A stretch of DNA of 64,000 nucleotides, from assembly GCF_009914755.1 (NCBI RefSeq), contig NC_060940.1. One strand, written 5' to 3'. The stretch comes from the human T2T-CHM13v2.0 reference genome, Homo sapiens. The notes under the pieces were generated by a model. It did not search any database. It was not told the DNA's origin and worked only from the letters and a program-made list of their open reading frames with translations. This document shows, in pieces, positions 56,896 through 64,000 of this stretch. The translations under genes and the position numbers were made by a program. Each line of letters opens with the position of its first letter. Within the stretch, counting starts at the first letter, position 1.

Positions 56896-56994
56896 TTATT
56901 TGCTCATAGAGTGACTTTAAAAATATAAGATGAAGAGATTAGATGCAGCTGGGATATGGTGAAAGTTCCTAGGAATGTATGCAAGACAATCTGA

Positions 56995-57520
56995 GCCTGA
57001 ATTCCTCAACTTAAAACTCTACAGCAGAAAAATAGCAAAGCTCCCAAAATAGCATAATAGGTTGTCAACTGCCTCCAACTTGTCTACTTTAACGGTTTAA
57101 TCTCTTTTGCCTTCTCATAGACATTTATCCTCCTCTAGGAATATCAAACTATTAACAATTCCCTGAACATGTAAACCCTGAACATATTTGCAAAGGTTGT
57201 TCTCTTTTACCAGAAGGACCTTTCTTGAAGTGTCTAATGGAATAATATTACATATGTTTGAAGACTTAGATTAATAGAGGTAACATTAAGCCTCCTGTGA
57301 CCCACCCAAAGTGAGTGCATTTCCCCTGTACACGACCCCCTACCACAGATTGACAAAAGTATATGGTAACAGGCACACATGCCTTTGCAGCAGTTGCAAG
57401 TTATTGCAATATTTATTAATCTGCTGGTCTCTTGAAATTCTAGGGACTCCAAAAGTGTCTTGTATTTATAATACCCTGTAAATAGTAAGCAAAATGTATG
57501 CTTGACAAATGCAGTCAATT
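56995..57520 (+). mobile_element. L2 fragment
   Basis: TTCCTCAACTTAAAACTCT..; CAATTCCCTGAACATG..TTTGCAAAGGTTGTTC; ends ATGTATGCTTGACAAATG. Confidence 0.45.
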
Positions 57521-58587
57521 AAGGTGATGTAACTTCTCCTGTATTCTGTCAGGCTTTATTTTTTATTACAGAACATATGAGACAGATGTGTTTTTCACTC
57601 CAGTTTGAATTCTTCAAAATTTATTTAACATATTTAATGAAACTTAAGCATATCAATAAGAATGCAGAGTCATTCCTATAAGTTTGACCTGATAACACAC
57701 ACTTCTGCAGATTGCTTTTATATAATATTTTTCTTCAAAGAGTTGTGTTGAGTTTTAAGAATGCTCCATAAGCATTGTTCCACATCTTTGAAATTTTCTG
57801 GTCTCTGTAAGTCTTTCTCTGAATATGAACAAGGATAAAGACCAAACATAGAAACAGAGACTGACTTACAATTCATAGATCTGACATTCATATTTGAATA
57901 CTTTTTATATATATCTATCTATTTACTTTTTGACATCTCAAGGATACGTTAATACAGAGCATTGATACATTTATATAGAGGGTAATCTTGTTTGGTTCAT
58001 CCTGGGCATGATTAGAATAAAGGACTAGTTTAATCAGTGTAAGAGCGACAATTGACTAGCCTCAATTTAAGAAAAAGCCTCATCACCAATCTGACTAAAA
58101 CACTCTATTATGCTTTTATGACTCTACTGAATTACATCTGTGTCATTGGCAAAGCAAGGCTTTTATATTGATTATCTGCAATGGAGCATTGAAAAGGAAC
58201 TGTGATATTAGCGGAACTGAACCAGGAGTTAGTGCCAAATGTGAATCTGGGTCACAGAACATGCAAACATTATGTGCCCATAGACAAATCACTGGCTTTC
58301 AGCATACTTGTTTGATAAATAAGAAGGATGGACTAAATTAATTGTACCTTCTATGAGGTGTTCCACAGGCTCTTATGAGAACGTCCCCAGAGATAACCTA
58401 TAATCTGAATTATAATGCATCTTTTACCAGTTGCTGAAATCTAATAGCTCATGGTAACAACAACAACAAAATGTGAATTTGACTACATTTGAAGGTCAAT
58501 GTAGATATGTGTGGTAAATTCTCTTGAAATGATAGCATATTAAAATGCACTGAACACCGAAAGAATACCATAATCCTCCAGGTTCTA

Positions 58588-58612
58588 ATCTCTCTCTCTC
58601 TCTCTCTCTCTC
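58588..58612. repeat. (CT)n
   Basis: Directly visible. Confidence 0.9.
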
Positions 58613-60504
58613 TGACCTCCCTTCATTTATTTTCTTAGTATTCTCTTCATTCTTTCTCATTCTATGCTCAAAAAGAGAAATTTGGTTCGCAAATTTTGCC
58701 ATTCTCTGTATACCTCAGCACAACTAAGGTCTGAAAACTGTCAGATAAATTTAAAATTCTATCTCTTGGGCATTTTGTGAAGATGAAAGACAGCTTTCTT
58801 TAGCATTTGTCTCATTTCATTTCAGGTGCATGAATGCAGGTGCACAAATGCATGAGTGCACATGTGCACACATGCACAAAGCATAGGGATCAATCTCAGG
58901 GGATTCATATATACTGTGAAATTCACACATGGTTTGCCTCCTTACTGGTAAACCATGAAATAGTTCCAGAAAAATAGCTTCTACTGGATAAATACTAATT
59001 CGAATATTTTTAATGTTTGGAATTAAGAGATATTTTCTAGGTTGCTATTTATCTTCTACACTAGATTTTTCATATTTTGAAATATCATGAGAGAACTAGC
59101 AGGCACAATATTCTTTTTAAGAACTTATACATCTTTCTTTTTGGTAGTTTTTGAAATAAATTTAACATAGCTATAGACTAAAAGGCTATTTCAATAAAGT
59201 TAAGACTAAATGTAGAGATTTTAACATCTCTGTCTCATACTATTACCATAGTGTTAAGGAAAAATGAAGTCCTGAACAAATATTAAATATTCATCAGATA
59301 TACATGATAATTGTCTGTAGGGCAAAGTACTACATTGAAGGGAAAATAGTATTTACAGCAGAACAGAAGGACTTAATCATGTGTTACCCATTGTTATGTG
59401 ACTTTATTTAACTTGTTTTACCTATTTAACCTGGAGGTAATTATGTTATGTGAAATAACATAATTTTGCTAGATAAGGATAGGAAAATTAAGAAGAAAAA
59501 ATGATGATCTATGTGAATGTTGTGGCACAGTGTGTGAGTGACACATAATACACATTCAAATTGTATTATTCATCCCTATTTTCAAGAGGCTTATTTTTAA
59601 ACATCCAATATTTGAAAATTTTATTCTGATTAATAAAAGATAACTTTTATTTTCTATGCTAGATTGTATTTTAACATCTATTGCTTTATGTGTAAAGGAC
59701 AAAATGTAGGCCAACTCTAGAGACAGCAGTATACTACTTTGAGTGTTTTGGGAGAAACAGTTTTAGTTCCCTGAGGAAGACATGACTTTTGGAAACAAAG
59801 ACTATCCATGCGGTGATGTGTCTGTAGAACTGATGAATGATCGAGCTGGGACCTACAAATTTGAAGTAAAAAGTAATGAAAACCATCTCAGAGAGAAGTT
59901 CTAGAAATATTTGGAACAAATTAAGAGTCATTTGAAAACATGTGTAGCCTCTGAAGCTAATGATAGCAACTATTATCACGTGATCTTTCCTCAAACCACT
60001 TTAAAAATAATTGACAGATTACATATGCTGCACCTCAGGTATTTTCTATTAATTCCAGGAACACTGCCCTTTCCCTAATGTTTCCTGGGATTCTATGATT
60101 TAAGATAATCCGATCCATTTTGATCATGTTTCTTTGCTGGCCTGCAGCTTTGACCAATTTGCTCTGACTTTCTATGAAAGAAATCACATACTCTCATTTT
60201 TAAATTCATCTCTCACATTCTGGCTTTCAACAAACGTCTGAGTTCAATTATGTAAGTTACAAAGCAGAATTTGCTCCCCAGGGTCCAGTGACACTAAGAG
60301 GGTTTGTTCAGGTCCAGTTCAAACTTCTTCATCCCTCAAATTCAGAACCACTGTCACTTCCTCTCCCAATAGGTTGTACACTCTTTTTTATGCCATATCA
60401 AAATTTAAAAGATATTTATCTTTGTTAATATTCAGAGAAGGACTTGCAGAAACCGGAAAATTATTTTGAAGTATTTTAATTCAATACCATTTTATTGGGA
60501 GCTA

Positions 60505-60586
60505 TTTTTTGTTTTTGAGAGAGTCTTGTTCTGTCGCCCAAGGTGGAGTGCAATGGTGTGATCTCGGCTCTCTGCAACCTCCACCT
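60505..60586 (-). mobile_element. Alu 3'-terminal fragment (~80 bp) abutting L1 ORF2
   Basis: TTTTTGAGAGAGTCTTGTTCTGTCGCCCAAGGTGGAGTGCAATGG...CAACCTCCACCT. Confidence 0.9.
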
Positions 60587-61568
60587 ATTGGAGTTTTTAA
60601 CATGAAGGAGTATTGATTTTACAGGAAGCCATTTTTGCATCTATTGAGATAATCATGTGGGTTTTTTTCCTTTAGTTATGTTTATGTAATTAATCACATT
60701 TATTAATTTGCATATGTTGAACCAACCTTGTATCCCAGAAATAAAGCCTTCTTGATTATGGTGAATAAGCTTTTCTATGCGCTGCTGGATTTAGTTTGCC
60801 AGTATTTTGTTGAGGATTATTGCATTGATGTTCATCAAGAATATTGGCCTGAAGTTTTATTGTTTTTGTGTCTCCACCAGGTTTGGGTATCAGGATGATG
60901 CTGGCATCATAGAATGAATTAGGAAGGAGTCCCTCCTCCTCAATTTTTTTGGAATGATTTTAGCAGGAATGCTGTCAGCTCTTTGTTGTATGTCTGGTAG
61001 AATTTGGCTGTGAATCCGTCTGGTCCTGCGCTTTTTTATGATTGATAGGGTATTTATTACTGTTTCAATTTCGGAGCTCATTATTGGTCTATTCAGGAAT
61101 TCAATCTATTCCTGATTCAGTCTTGGGAGTGTGTATGTGTCCAGGAATTTATCCATTTCTTCTAGATTTTCTTGTTTTTGTACATAAGGTTGTTCATAAT
61201 ATTCCCTAATGGTTGTTTGTATTTCTGTGGGTCACTCAAAATAATATACTGCAGTCTTTGAAGTGAACTGACCTTCATTTTGTCCTTTATATATAAAGCA
61301 ATAGATGCTAAAATGCAATTTAGCATAGAAAGTAAATGTTATCTTTTATTAATTACAATAAGATTTTCAAATCTTAGATCTTTAAAAACAAACCTCTCTG
61401 TCATTTCTAATTGTGTTTATTTGGATCTTTTCTCTTTTCTTCTTATTAATCTAGCTAGTGGTCTACCTATTTCAATATTTTTTTCAGAAAACTAACTCCT
61501 GGATTTGTTGATCATTTGAATGGGTTTTTTGTGTCTCAATCTCCTTTAGTTCAACTCTAATTTTGGTT

Positions 61569-61828
61569 CTTTCTTTCTTTTCTTTCTTTTTTTTTTTTTT
61601 TTGTGATACAGAATCTGTTGCCTAGGCTGGAGTGCAGTGGCAAGATTTCAGCTAATCCAACCTCCACCTCCCAGGTTCAAGCAATTCTCATGCCTCAGCC
61701 TCCCAAGTAGCTGGGACTACAGGTGTGGACCACAACATACAGCTAATTTTTGTATTTTCTGGTGGAGATGTGGTTTCACCATGTTGGCCAAAGTGCTGGG
61801 ACTGCAGGCATGAGCCACTGGGCCTGAA
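61569..61828 (-). mobile_element. Alu with internal left-arm deletion, nested in L1
   Basis: Junction ATGTTGGCC|AAAGTGCTGGG; TSD CT(A/G)ATTTTGGTT at 61557-61568 and 61829-61840. Confidence 0.9.
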
Positions 61829-63159
61829 CTGATTTTGGTTATTCCTTGTTTTTTGTTGTTGTTGTTGTTGTTGTTTTTGTTTTTGGGTTTTTTTTTTTTT
61901 GTTTATTTGTTTTCTTTTCTAACTTGGGATTGGTTTGCTCTTGGTTCTCTAGTTATTTCAGTTGTGATCTTAGGTTTTAAGTTGAGCTCATTCTAACTTT
62001 TGGATGTGGGCATTTAATTCTATAAATTTGCCTCTTAACACTATCTTAGCTGTGTTCCAGAGATTCTGGCATGTTTTGTCTTTTTTCTCATTAGTTTCAA
62101 AGAACTTCTTGATTTCTTCATTAATTTCATTATTTACCAAAAAGTCATTCAGGAGCAGGTTATTCAATTTCCATTTAATTGTATAGTTTTGAGCGATTTT
62201 CTTTGACTTAATTTCTAATTTTATTGCACTGTGGTCCAAAAGAGTGGTTGTTATAATTTCAGTTCTTTTGCATTTACTGAGCATTGTTTTATGTCTGATC
62301 ATGCGGTAGATTTTAGAATATGTGCCATGTGGCAATGAGAAGAATGTTCCTTCTATTTTGGGGGGGTGGAGAGTTCTGTAGATGTCCATTCAGTTCATTT
62401 GATCCAGTGCTGAGTTCAGGTACTAAATATCTTTGTTAAGTTTCTGCCTCAATGATCTGTCTCATACTGTCAGTGGGATTTTGAAGCTTCCAACTATTAT
62501 TGTGTCAGAGACTAAGTCTCTTGAAGCTCTCTGTGAATATGCTTTATGAATCTGGATGCTTCTGTGTTGGGTGCATATATATTTAGAATAGTTAGGTCTT
62601 CTTGTTTAATTAATCTCTTTACCATTGTGTAATTATATTCTTTGTCTTAATTTATCTTTGTTGGTTTAAAGTCTATTTTGTCTGAAATTATAATTGCAGC
62701 TTCTGCATTTTTGTTTTCCATTTGCCTGATAGATTTTTATCCATCCCTTGACTTTGAGCCTATGTGTGCCACTGCATGCAAGATTGGTCTCTTGAAGACA
62801 GTGTATCATTGGGTCTTGCTTCTTTATCCATCTTGCCACTCTGTGCCTTTTAATTGGGGCATTTAGCCCATTTACACTCAAGGTTAGTATGGATAGGTGT
62901 GGATTTGATCCCATCATCATGATGTTAGCTCGTTATTATGGAGACTTATTTGTGTGGTTGCTTTATAGTGTAACTGGTTTGCGTACTTAAGTGTGTTTTT
63001 GTAGTGGCTGATGATAGTCTTTCCTTTCCACATTTAGCAATTTCTTCATGAGGTTTTGTAAGGTAGGTCTGGTGGTAACAAATTCCCTTGGCATTTGTTT
63101 ATCTGAAAAGGATTTTATTTCTCCTTTGTTTATGAAGCTTAGTTTAGCCAGATATAACT

Positions 63160-63311
63160 TTTTTCCTGTTTTTTTTTTTTTTAATTTCAATAGGTTTTTG
63201 GAGGAAAAGGTGGTGCTTGGTTGCATGGATAAGTTCTTTAGTGGTGATTTCTGAGAATTTGGTGTACCCATCACCCAAGCAGTGTACACTGTACTCAATA
63301 TGTAGTCTTTA
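63160..63311 (-). mobile_element. L1PB 3'-end fragment nested in ORF1 of the host L1
   Basis: Poly-T, then CAATAGGTTTTTGG..GGATAAGTTCTTTAGTGGTGATTTCTGAGA..CCCATCACCCAAGCAGTGTACACTGTAC; imperfect TSD AGATATAACTTTTT/AGATAGGAAATTTTT. Confidence 0.88.
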
Positions 63312-64000
63312 AGATAGGAAATTTTTGGCTGAAATTTCTTCAAGAATGTCAAATGTTGGTCCCCAGTCTCTTCTGGCTTGTACGGTTTCTGTTGAGAGGT
63401 CTGCTGGTAGTCTGACGGGCTTTCATTTGTAGATGACCTGACTTTTCTCTCTAGCTTCCCTTAACATATTTTTTTCATTTTGACCTTGGAGAATCTGATG
63501 ATCTTCTTGTGAAGTATCTTATTGGGGTTCTCCACATTTCCTAAATTTGAATGTTGGCCTCTTTAGCTAGGTTGGATAAGTGTTCATGAATGATACCCTG
63601 AAATATGTTTTCCAAGTTGCTTTCATTCTCCCAGTCTCTTTCAGGAACATCAGTGAGTCACACCCTTGGTCTCTGCATAATCCCATATTTCTTGAAGGGT
63701 TTGTTCATTCCTTTTCATTCTTTTTAATCTATTATTGTCTGACTGTCTTATTTCAGAAAGCCAGTCTTCAAGCTCTAAGGTTATTTTCCCAGGTTGGTCT
63801 ATTTGACTATTTGCTATTGATACTGGCGATTGCACTAACAAATTCTTATAGTGTGTTTTTCAGGTCTTTCAGGTTGGTTACATTCTTTCCTATACTGACT
63901 ATTTTGTCTGTCAGCTCCTGTATCATTTTATTGTGAGTCTTAGCTTCCTTGGATAGGATTTTAACATATTCCTGCATGTCAATGATCTTCATTCCTATCC

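Larger units (their letters stand above)
60587..64000 (-). mobile_element. L1P4-type (about L1PA13-16) LINE-1: ORF1 and ORF2 N-terminal half, 3'-truncated, continues past window end
   Basis: Minus ORFs 62666 (SNPHLSILTLSVNGLNAPIKRHR), 61988 ([24 protein letters not shown]), 62987 and 63650 (ORF1p). Confidence 0.93.

Noticed and set aside
58826-58878. TGCA-rich quasi-palindromic stretch
   Set aside because: Degenerate purine-pyrimidine low-complexity repeat with no specific structure I can support.
59760-59905. Exon-like frame FPEEDMTFGNKDYPCGDVSVELMNDRAGTYKFEVK after TTTTAG
   Set aside because: Poor pyrimidine tract and weak donor; the nucleotide sequence resembles antisense L2 (ATCCA..GATGT..GTAG; AGTCAT..CATGT..GAAGC).

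Overview
AT-rich, CpG-poor primate (very likely human) genomic DNA with no protein-coding exon, RNA gene, CpG island or CRISPR-like array that I can support; it reads as intergenic or deep-intronic. Every recognisable ORF in the track comes from Alu, L1, older LINE or microsatellite sequence. The window holds about 14 Alus, several L1s, old L1M/L2/CR1/MIR fragments, solo LTRs (MLT1, MLT2A, LTR16/33/47-like, MER74-like), DNA-transposon fossils (MER20, MER5A, MER33, two MADE1, a Tigger3 end) and microsatellites. Family names are from recalled consensus sequences and need RepeatMasker/Dfam confirmation. I see no evidence of a new biological system. The most notable items are rearranged retroelements: an L1 reduced to its 5'UTR fused to its 3' end (43990-45580), a two-Alu composite inside one TSD pair (4111-4697), a ~120-bp twin-primed L1 (9260-9396), an Alu-tail/L1 chimera (60505-60640), a 158-bp foreign insert in an L1 (61235-61392), a probable ancient RTE-clade RT fossil (1130-1930), an intact MADE1 hairpin and a few candidate regulatory elements.
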